Of a stretch of 64,000 nucleotides of DNA, positions 41,501 to 53,500 are shown piece after piece (the stretch's first letter is position 1; each line of letters starts with the position of its first letter). The notes under the pieces were generated by a model. It ran no database searches. It was not told the origin of the DNA and saw only the letters and a list, made by a program, of their open reading frames with translations. The stretch is from Botryllus schlosseri. Its lineage: Eukaryota. Position numbers and translations under genes: made by a program. The DNA is taken from contig CM119384.1 in the NCBI GenBank assembly GCA_051294905.1, forward strand, positions 5,394,001 through 5,458,000, given 5' to 3'.

Positions 41501-44500
41501 GTGACTAAATCGTCAGGTTGTCCAAGAAAACGATGCACACCAAATTTGACTCAATTCCAACCAGTAACGGCCGTGCAATCTTGAATTGAAATTTTTAAAT
41601 TATTATTAAAAATAAAAAAAAATAAAAATTCTCAAATTTTTCTGTCAACCCCGTGAAATTGTTGAGCTGTCTTCAAAGACGATGCAAAACAAATTTCAGT
41701 CAATTCCGACTAGTAGAAGCGGAACTATTTGAGTTTTTCGTTGATAATCCCCGGATCAAGGATAATCCGAGAATTATCAACGAAAAACTCGAATAACTCC
41801 GCTTCTACTGGTCGGAATTGACTCAAATTTGTTTTGCATCGTCTTTGAAGACAGCTCAACAATTTTATGGGGTTGACAGAAAAACTTGAGAATTTTTATT
41901 TTTTTATTTTTAATAATAATTTTAAAATTTCAATTCAAGATTGCACGGCCGTTACTGGTTGGAATTGAGTCAAATTTGGTGTGCATCGTTTTCTTGGACA
42001 ACCTGACGATTTAGTCATTAGGCGAGGGAGATTTGGAAAAAAAGTTTTTTTTGAACAACCCTAGTGCACAGTAGAAGTATTGTAGCGCTTCCCGAGTAAG
42101 GAAAAATGTAAGTATTCTAGGCATAGTTTGACCGAAAATCTGAAAGTTTTCAAGTAGCTGAAAGTAGTCATCGTAGTGTTCAAATTATATCCACTCAAGT
42201 AGTGCAAGTACGCAATACCTGAGTACTCCAAAAAAGTAAAAGTAGGCCTACTTGGTTACTGACCACCTCTGTTGATTACAATTGGGTTTTGTAATTGCGA
42301 TCTTCATTATTTCAATTAGTGTGTCAGCATCAGCATGCCACAATGTGCCACTAACAAACTAGGCCTGCGCTCAGTTAGACTTCAAAATCTGGGCCAGCTC
42401 TCTCATACGAGCCAGCATGTTGAATTATAATGTAGAAAAAGGTGATGTAGCAAATATCAAAGTTTTCATTGCCGGTGGGCCTTTTTTTCATGACGATGAG
42501 CCCTGGCCTCTGGTATGAGCATTTTTTGCAATACCTTGAATCTTTTTATGTTCTCCACAGTTATATTATGTGACATATTGTGTATCGCATTGTTTTCGAA
42601 CAGATTGAAATTTATTCCACAGGCGAATCCGATGCGGCCATGGCGACTCTGCAAAATTGTCTCGACCAAGACTCTTCGTACGGCGACGCTCATTTGTTGA
42701 TGGCGCGCATTTACCAGGAGCGCGGCAACAATGCGCTCGCAGCGCAATTTCTCGAGTCTGCTCTCAGTCACAACTTTGAGGTGAGATCGGGGTTTGCCGG
42801 TAAAGTGGGGTGGCATTGAATTTTATATCGGGCCATACTAATCGTCACATTTTGGTGGTAATCATCATGGATTAGTTCAAATCCCTGGGAAAAATTAATA
42901 ATATATACACGAGATGGCCCAAGGGAAATATGCATAGCCCGAAAATCGATATCACCGGGAAAGTTTTTGTGATATTAACCTCCCGGGATTTGTCTGTGTG
43001 ACCTTGTGTTTATTTTTACAAAAATATTCGAAACATATGAAAAATTATTTTTTTCGAGACTCCAACACCTTCGCGTCGTATTTTTACGGAGATGAAATCC
43101 CGGGCTCACCAAATATGTAATTAGATATTAGCTCTGTTTATGTATATCTAATCGAAATTTAGGCAAAATGTCAATTATTGCTTATTTCGTTTTGTCGAAT
43201 GTATAGTAGTTATTAGATGTACTTTTTGCCCCCAAACGTCCCTTGTCTATGAAAATGGCCCCCCAAGGGGTACGATCGCCCACTTTGAGAAACTATGTTC
43301 GAGATGTATCGAGTTTCATAGCGGAATGGATGAAGACATTCGCTCCCGAATAGCACTTTGATCTATTCCCCTATGGGACCTGATGCTAAGAACAAATACA
43401 AATCTAATCCCGGGCGTTGCACCGTACATCCGGCTTGGCTCGTGTTGGAGAATATCTCATTTCGTTTAATCTCGGTACATTCACACCACACTTGCTCTGC
43501 CTGCCTCATCTAATGGGTTATCGCTTCCGCTTGTATCTAAATCGTCTTCCCAGAAAAGTGTCTGTTATATTGGTGCCGTAACCTGGAACTCTCTACCAGT
43601 AGATTTCAGAAATTTACCTGACCATCTCTTTAGATAATAGACATTATCAGAAATATATCTCAAGATAAGTATTGATTAGATACCGATATTGCAGTTGCTG
43701 CCTTGTATTGTGAACTACCAATATGTATGTACTGCACGAGTGTACTCTATTGTAGTTTTATTCATTTCACTGGTGTGACAAATAAATGAATCTATCTATC
43801 TATCATTTCTCCGCAGATTCGTGACCACCCGGTTTACCATCTCATCAAAGCCAGAACGCTGATGACGGGCGGGCAGCTGGCGGACGCCGTGCAGACTTTG
43901 AAGTTGGCGCTGGCTCTGCCGGGCGTGAAAAAGCCTCTGTCGGCCGCTCAAAGACAAGGTGATTGTCGGCCGAATGTTTTTGTCTGCAGTTTGTTGTCTT
44001 TCATGCAATCTGTCACCGTCGTTTTTTTACATGACCACATATGTTTTTTGGCACCCGGAAACCCGACGTTTACAGCTTTGCCGAAAACTGCAGATTGCCA
44101 CCGACATCTTACTGAAGTAATTCCATGTTACAGGAGCTGCGTGTCACATTCAAAATAAAAAGGGTGACCCCTTATTCTGCAAACCTACAGCAATCTGAGC
44201 CTTCAGAGAACAATAGAGTGTAGACAGTTTTCTACTCTCCCGAATAGCATGTCATTTCCAATCATAATATTATTACATTCTGCATAGCTGATTTGCATTA
44301 GCTTTAATAGATATTGATGAAAAATTGCACTTATTAAATTGAAAATATAGTATCGTTGGAGGGAGAGCCAGAGAGTGTTGTGGTCTTGTTTGAGAAGGGT
44401 GATCAGCTGTAATATCCCGTTGTTGAAAATCTGCTTTTTCTGACATTAATCCTACTAGCTTCACATGTTTTTAATGACTAACTTTACCGTTTACTCTTCA

Positions 44501-47500
44501 GGTAAACGAAATGCCGTTGTTGCTACCGACAGGTTGGCTATCTTTTTGGAACTGGTACGGGCTCACCAGCTGAATAATGAACAGGTAAGCATTGTGTTGC
44601 TATACTGTGAGTTCAATCAATTGCGACAGGATGGAAATAATAACGTTTAGTTGATGCTTTGCTCATAGTTATTCAGATTTCTATGCCGAAATGAACTGCA
44701 ACAGTTTTCAGTGAATATCATCACGCTGTCATTCTTCCCTTTTACAGCACGAAGCTATAAAAGTAATGCAGGACGCGATAAATGCTTTTCAAGGAACTTC
44801 AGAAGAGGTGAGGTTACGTGGGGGACACGACTGAACAAATCGATTTCTTATGTCACATCCAATACGCAGCGTGACCCATATACAGACATGTATGCCGTGT
44901 TTGAATTGCATTAGTCTGGGCGTCTCCCTGCTAAATTATTGAAATCAAATGCGTAATCTGGGGAATTGAGAGCTTTTTCACGAAGTCATGTTCTGAAATT
45001 GCCTTGGACTTGGTAGTAGCTGTTTTTATGTTTGGTATGCCATCGTAAAGATTTAACAAATCTTAAAGTTTACCATAACACAAGTTTTAAATATATACTC
45101 TATTCTCTGTGCTAATAATTGTTTCAAGAACTTCCCAATGGTGGCTTGAAAATATCCAGTGAGTGTTAATAATACCTTGTTCTTATCAGATTCGTGTTAG
45201 CATCGCCAATGCGGACTTGTCTCTGCAACGCGGAGAAGTCGAACAAGCGTTGAGCATGCTGAGAGATATCAAGCCCGAGCAATCGTACTACGTGCAAGCG
45301 AAAGAAAAAATGGCAAACATCTTCCTACATCACAGGAGGGACAAAAGCCTCTACATCGGCTGTTACAGGTCAGGGTTCTAATGACTCGAGTCGCGATTTT
45401 TCGGTGACTCGACTTGATTCGAGTCATTTTTTTCGAGTGCGTAAAATGACTCGACTTGACCGTGCATGACTCGAAGTCGTATGACTCGAGACTAGGACGC
45501 CCAAGACGTACATTTCATTGTGACTTTGAAGAATAGTAAAGTTCCACATTATCGGTATTTCGTCCACCAGTCCCGATACTTGGAAAATAGGGTCAGAAAC
45601 TGTTAAAACTGCGGAAAATTACCATATTATGACTGCGAGCCATTCTATATCACCGGAGCAGAGTTAAAAAAGTGGAGTGGATTGAACTGAAAACTGAACA
45701 GTGAACATAATATAATGACTTGGACTAGGACTTGAGTCATAACATGAGTCAGACTCGACCCTCTACTAGCTGACTTGGACTCGGACTTAACTCAGTGATG
45801 AATTGAAAATGACTTGACTTAACTTGAGTCATAACTATAATAATGAGATTGACTTGTGACTCGTAACCTTGTGACTTGGCTGCAACCCAGTTACAGGTAT
45901 TCGATTTTGACTGTTAATCGCAGCAGTAGGTCAAATGCTGAAGCTGCCGGTTTCAACGGTGTGTGTGTGTGTGTGTGTGTGTGTGGGAAACTAAGAATCG
46001 TACATCTTGTCGCCAGATTGGTTTACACAAAAAGGCCCATGTTTGGTTTCGCAACGACCATGCAACTGAGACCTGGTCTTTTTTCGAAACTTTTATATGA
46101 AATAGGATGTCCTTATATAGTGAAGTGTCTCCTTGCAAATTCTTTCAAATCATAATCATATTCTATAATATTCATCCACGCAGGCATACAACATACAGTG
46201 CGATACCTGAGACGCATTGGGATGTTATGAACAGATAGCAGAATGTCAAAACGACTGAGCACGGTCCATCAATGTAGCATCCATCTCCGGCTATTGGTAT
46301 TGCTAGAGATTTAATTCACAACGTTCTCCATTTTTGTGTTGTCTTTTTGTGAACAGGGGATCATTCGAGTGTAAGAGCATAGTGTCCTATATGGTGTCGA
46401 CACAGGCAAATCTCACGCCTCAGTGAAATTGTATCACGTCACAATTTCCATTTGGCTACAGGCAATTTGACGGTCATTTTTGACCGGCTTGCCGAGCATT
46501 AAATTTGGTAAAACGGGTATCAATTGAAAGCTGACTCTCCACTGATTACAAAAATATAAATTTTATTCCGCTCGTGGCCCTGGAACTCCCCCAATCAGCC
46601 TCGAATTTTTCATTGTTATGGAGATTGGCATTGGGACGCAACAATGCTGTCTGGCGAAACGAGAGAGTAGCTCAGGACGTAACAATGCTGTCTGGCGAAA
46701 CGAGAGAGTAGCTAAAGAGAAAAATAGCCAGACATCATTGTTGCGTCCCAATGCCAATCTCCATAACAATGATAAATTCGAGGCTGATTGTGGGAGTTTC
46801 AGGGACATGAGCGGAATAAAATTTATATTTTCGTAATCAGTGCAGAGTCAGCTTTCGATTGATACCTGTTTTACCAAATTTAATGCTCGGCAACCGGTCA
46901 AAAATGATCGTCAAATTGCCTGTAGCCAAATGGAAATTGTGACGTGATACAATTTCACCGAGGCGTGAGATTTGCCTGTGTCGACACCATATAGGACACT
47001 ATGGTAAGAGTCCAGATAAACCTCGGACACTTTGAAACACCCTTACATTCCGAACTTGAACGGCAATCTTTAGTATTGCTAATAGCGTATAAACCAACCC
47101 CCAAATCTCTGGCAGATTAATATATGCCCGTTTTACACATTTAAATATCCCTGGAAGTGGGATGTATCTGACCGCATCTGTAATCTTGCATGCTTGCATG
47201 CGATGCTGCACCGGTTCGAGACCGTTACCACGGTCTGCATTTTTTATTTAGGGAGCTGGCTGTGAAGCAGCCGTCCGCACACACAAAGCTATTGCTCGGC
47301 GACGCCTACTTGAGTATACAGGAGGTAGGTGTAAGTTACAACGTTCGTCTGCGGTGAATTTTCAAGATCTTTTCCTCTCAGCCCGACAAGGCGATCGACA
47401 TTTACGAAAAAGTCATGTCAGAAAGTCAAGACGACGGAACGTTGGCCAGCAAGATCGGACAAGCGCTCGTGAAGACGCACGACTACAGACGGGTATGTGA

Positions 47501-50500
47501 TTGTGTCTTTTTCGCAGATGGGGGGGGGGGTCACTTATGTGGTTCCTACACTTTTTCGGAGTAATCAAACGTCAGTCGCTTACTCCCACTACTTATTTAA
47601 GGTTCACGACTACTTCCAATTCCAAGTTCAGTGAGTAGAGGGTCGAGTCCGAGTCCAAGTCATTATGTGCATTGTTCAGTTTTCAGTTCATTCCTGTTCA
47701 AACCCCCTTTTTTAACTGCACATTAGAATAGAATGGCTCACATTCATAATATCGTAATTTTTCTCAGTCTTAACAGTTTCTTACCCTATTTTCCAAGCAA
47801 ATTACCAATAATGTGACAACTTCACTATTCTTTGAAGTTAACAAGGAAATGTCTGTCTTGGCCGTCCTAGTCTCGAGTCATATGACTCGGTTTGAGTCAT
47901 GCTCCTGCTCAATGACTCGAGTTGAAGTTGAGTCAATACACAAATTGACTCGAGTCGAATCGAGTCATTTTACGTATTTGAAAAAAATGACTCGACTCGA
48001 GTCAAGTCGAGTCACCAAAAAATCGTCACGTCGTCGTCACTTTTGGGAGGGAAGTGCTATAATAACCCATGTCGCCGGATATGTTTTCGAAAATTGAGCC
48101 TGTTTGTAGTGTTACCCTCCACAATGCGTTGGTCACGATTCTTCTGCTATATCTCAATTCAAAAGACGCCGCATGCAATTAGCTACTAATATTTTGCGAT
48201 GCTGTGACCAAACCTACTCTCTGAAACTACTTGCTCGAGTATTTGTGTACGCAACGCATGTCTTGGAAATCGGTAATTGTGCTTTATAATTTAGTCTAAA
48301 TTGTCACCCCATTTTACATGGCACACTAAACTGAACTTTGTCGTTACTGCTGCCTTTGCCGGGGATGAAAGCAGAGAATGTACCTTCAACACTCAGTTTT
48401 GAATGTTACAGAGTTGTGAACGTATCTATGTTTGTTTCAGAGTCCTCATTGTGGATTTTTGTGCACTGATTAAACCGGGGGTGGGCAAACTTTTGAGCTC
48501 GCGGGCCGCATTCAACATCTGAATCCATTCGCGGGCCGCACTATATAAAATTGGGATTATAAACTAAAACGCAATATTGATATTTGATGATATATATGCC
48601 ATATTTGATTATATATATGCCATATTTGATTATATATATCATGTTAGCTTCAAACACGCTTCTACTATGTGTAGATAAAATATAAATATCCCAATTCTAA
48701 GCATACAGACAACGAATCTACCTAAGACACGCCCAAATCGTTTTTTATAAGCACATCAGCTTCTTTGAGGTACAGAACTTCAATATACAATTGAATAGTA
48801 TATTCATATTGAAATGAACCCAAATATTTTCGGCTGACACTCGTCAGGGGCAATGGTCAGCAACTAGTAGAGAATTCGCAAGAACAGCGTATATCATCAA
48901 TCGTAACACAAAATATGACGTCACCAGCACGAATACGAGAGCGTTCAATGTACTATTTTTAGATGATACACGAACTCTTTTTGTTGACACAGCCTTGGCT
49001 GGTGTATTTTGATAAAAGTCGACTCCAAGGCACACAAATGAAAGTGTGAGCGACCCTTTCCGAGTATGCCAAATCTGTCGTCTCGATAATTTTTCGCACA
49101 AGCGGGATTATCCAACAAGTGTTGGCCAATTGCAGAATTTATGGCCTTTGATTGTTCCGCATCAATCTTGAGCGGGTGAGTTAAGGGTGAGCTTTTCACC
49201 GAGCGTGTTCTAATGAATCTAGGGACATGCTGATTTATGCGTTCCTGCAAGCGCTATGACGTTCTTCCCACATAGCCACAATCACAGTGACACTTAAATT
49301 CGTAAACTACATTGCTTTGCTGAAGTGCGGGTAGCACGTCTTCACGTGTTGCAGGGAGCAGTTGCGTTGTTGTGAAAATCACGTTGGTCTTCACTGTGTC
49401 ATAACACTTATTGACCGCTGAAATCAATTGCTTTTCAAAGCGGGTGGAAATAGGCCCTATCCAAGGTAGATGCATGTAAACATCTTTGGTTGTTCGTTCG
49501 GTAGGCTCTGTTGACTTTTCTGCATTGAAATGCGGCATAGAGAGGAAAGTAACGCATTTCAATGCAGAAAAGTCAACAGAGCCTACCGAACGAACAACCA
49601 AAGATGTTTACATCCATCTACCTTGGATAGGGCCTATTTCCACCCGCTTTGAAAAGCAATTGATTTCAGCGGTCAATAAGTGTTACGACACAGTGAAGAC
49701 CAACGGGATTTTCACGACAACGCAACTGCTCCCTGCAACACGTAAAGACGTGCTACCCGCACTTCAGCAAAGCAATCTAGTTTACAAGCTGGCTGATCAC
49801 GAGTATGACAGGAATAAGGAAAAGATCAAGCTATCAAATTTTTTTTTATTCGAGCTCAACTTCGCGCCCCCTTCAGATGCTTTCACGCCCCCGAAGGGAG
49901 CGCGCCAATCAGTTTGAAAACCACTGTCTTAGAATTATGATGTTGAAATATACTAAGAAAAAGTTATTCAAGTCTCTGCATTTATCCGATTTATAGTACT
50001 CATTTTATCACTATTTTTAAAAAGTTTCTTTGGACTCTCGCGGGCCGCACAGAACGGTGTTGCGGGCCGCATGTGGCCCGAGGGCCGTAGTTTGCCCACC
50101 CCTGGATTAAACCATCACTTTATCCTTCGATATAGCGCTTGATTTACCATGTTTGAGAGTTGATTAATGGATAATTCCAAACGAGAAGATCAATTGTTAT
50201 TAGTCCACGACGTACGTGATGACAATCAGCTTGAAACTCGTGTAATTTTTGTTGTTGTTATTTAAACCACTTCCAGGTATTTACATGTTTTGAGATTTAA
50301 TTTGTATAAATAATCCCGTCGTTGCGGCCATCACTCTCGGCGCAGTGACTTGTAAAGAAATCTTGCACTAGATCATGTAATTTGGTGCTTACTGTAACAT
50401 CAGCGATGTCCGAACCCTTATCCAAATTTTGTGTGATTTATTTTGCATCGAAATGTCTCTTATCAAGAAGGGCTTCTGTGTATGTCGCAGGCGATCTCGT

Positions 50501-53500
50501 ACTACGAAACCGCGTTGAACAACGGAGGCCGGCATCATTTGAGGTTTGAATTGGCGGAGTTGCTGCTCAAGCTGAAGATGTACGGCAAGGTGGAGAAGAT
50601 TTTGACAGAGGTTAGCCGCTTTGACAGTTGGGCGACTATACAGAGACACCTAAAATATGCGGTAATATATGTGAAAACGGGATTTCGACGGAATTGAAGG
50701 AAAATTAGCAGCATGAAATTCACACAGGAAATACTCAATGCCGGAAGGTTGACTAAAAACGTGGGAGCGGGTCTCAATGGAGTCCAGTCGGAAAAATCAT
50801 TATATTTGTATATATTGCAAGATATCTACTTTGTCCCACCTCATAGCTACCTAACTAAAAGATCTATTGACTACTCAGGGCCTATTATTTGGAACGCATT
50901 ACCACAAAATATCCGTGAATTGCCAGACTTTGCTTCTGTCATTTGTTACCATAGTTTAATGAAAATGAGAGTCTCTCTCTCTCCCTCACACACACGCTCT
51001 TACGTTACCGATTTTAGATTCCAGACGACGACCGCTCGAAAGGAGAGACCGAACTCGAGAGAGCGATGTTCGACACCAAGAGGCTGCTCCTTCTCTCCTC
51101 CTTTTACGCGGAAAGGGGCGACCACGAGATGGTAGCGCAATCTCTCACGCGGGCCAGAGATAAACAGGTGGGCGTGGCGGAGGCCGCAGTGTTTTGTTAT
51201 GATTGCGCGGATGCCGGAGCATGGATGTTTTTGAGTGCTTTTTGCTTCTGAATCCCTTCTGCGGCGCCCGTCCAATTTTCAGGGTTACAGAAGCTGAAGG
51301 CGCGCCGTAATCTCTTTAGGATTTGTACCGAGCTTTGTACTCAAATATTCACTTGATGGAAATCCACGGTCACGCTGTATAAATAAACAATGGTTTTCTC
51401 TTGCTGTATCTGTCAGTCATGATTAGGTCGGTTTGTCAAGCTGTGCCGGTGACTCAGTTGTTTTGTGGGCGCTGATCTGTTGATGTTTGTATGGATACTT
51501 TCGGTGTGCGTTGTAAGTTTGGCAAGGTAATGAACGAATGACTTGTATTCGAGCATCCCTATCATCGCCGTGGTCTCTGTTCTTGCTGGCCAAATAGACA
51601 AGCTGCCGTATGCAATGAGAATGAAAACGAGTTTGAGTTTCTGAGCTTCAAACTTTTTTGCCCAGTATCAACCAGAAGAGGGTCTCATAGATACAGAACA
51701 ATATATAATTGACTAATATATTCACTCCTCCAACTGCATGAGCTATTTCAATAAGAATGTATTGTTCAATTGTATATTGAAGTTCTGTACCTCCATTTCT
51801 TCAAGTTTTCAGATCCATTTTTCAAACTGATTGAAAATCAAGTTTTTGTAAAGTTTCGTCATTTTTTAGCCATATCTTGGCTGTTTTTATGGGTGTAACA
51901 TTGTTTATAAGTTCACCATGGCCTAGATGTGTCCGAAATAGAATGTGAACTTGGCGTTAAGTTAATTTTCTTGAAATGTGTAACATGGACATGAGCTACT
52001 GTGATTCCGTCGCGACGATATAATATTCAATGGCTGGTGTATTGAAGTTTTTTACCTCCAAGAGTAATACTGTGAAAACAATTCTATTCAATATTCATAT
52101 TGAAATAGCTGTTCGGGGTATGAATATATTCAATTGTATCACGCGATACACTCACAATCGCAAATTCAATCTAACGGCTAATGGTTTTGAAAAATGCTGC
52201 GTTGTTTAAATTATTTGAATATTTTAAGTAACTTTCAGCAGCTGTGCTGCACAAGCTATTTAAGACCTAGCACTCAATGCCCAGTGTGGTCAACTGTGTC
52301 AACTATAGGTGCTTTCACACAACCTTGCCTGTTTTTGGTATAGCCGTAATGTGTGTGGTTAACGAGGCGTGGCAGCCGGCGACTTGTAACTTTACCCACG
52401 CGAGGTTCAGGTGTCGCGAGTACTGCACAAATATTGACTTTTGTCTGTCTGAGTCATAATTTTGGTGTCAGGTCTGAGGTATCCGTTACAAAAATATCTC
52501 GGGGGTTTGATTACTTTGGGATCAGTCTTTTGTTATTTTGACTCGTACAACGACCGCAACTGTCCGGTTATGTTGACTGTTCCTTGAATAACCGCTTTTA
52601 AGTCATCCGAGGAATTGTATTCAACGTACATTGAGTGTGACTTTGTGTGGATAGGATGGCCCTCTGTGTAAATCGCTGTTGATCAGTTTGACGTGGATTG
52701 GTTCAAATCTGCCGCACGTTGTATGGAAGGCAGATGTGTTCAACAACAGAGTACTTCTACCGTTTCGAAGTACTCAAGTAGGTTTTGTTTCCCTGTACTA
52801 CTCAAGTAATTACGGCTTTATGCAACACTACTTGATTTTTATGAAATAGAGTAGAAAGTTGTTTAAAATTACATCTTGCAATTGCCAAACCTGCAGCTTC
52901 CGATTATATGATGAAAGATTGCAGCCCCTCAACTCAAGGTTGTAATGACTCGAGTCTCGATTTTTTTATGACTCGACCTGACTCGGGTCATTTTTTCAAA
53001 TGCGTAAAATGACTCGACTCGAGTCGATTTTTGTATTGACTCGACTTATACTCGAGTCAATGTGCATGGCTCGAACCAAGTCATATGACTCAAGACTAGA
53101 ACGGCCAAGACGGTCTTTTCATTGTAAGATCGAGGAATAGTAAAGTTACCACGTTATTGTTATCTTGTCTATCAGTCCTGATAGTTGGAAAATAGGACCA
53201 GTAACTGTTAAAACTGAGGAAAATTACGATATTATGAATGCGAGTAATTCTATATCACTCGAGCAGAGTTGAAAAAAGTGGGTTTGACCAGACTAAGCTG
53301 AAAACTGAACAGTGAACACAATGACTTGTACTCGGACTCGGTGGTGAATTGAAAACGACTCGACTTGACTCGAGTCAAAACTGTAAAACTGTGATTGACT
53401 TGTGACTCGGAACCTTGGGACTTGGTTACAACCCTGCGTGAAATATAGTTTTTGAAATTTCCACTGTAATAGTAGGCGTCTCTTTATCAACGCCATTCTT

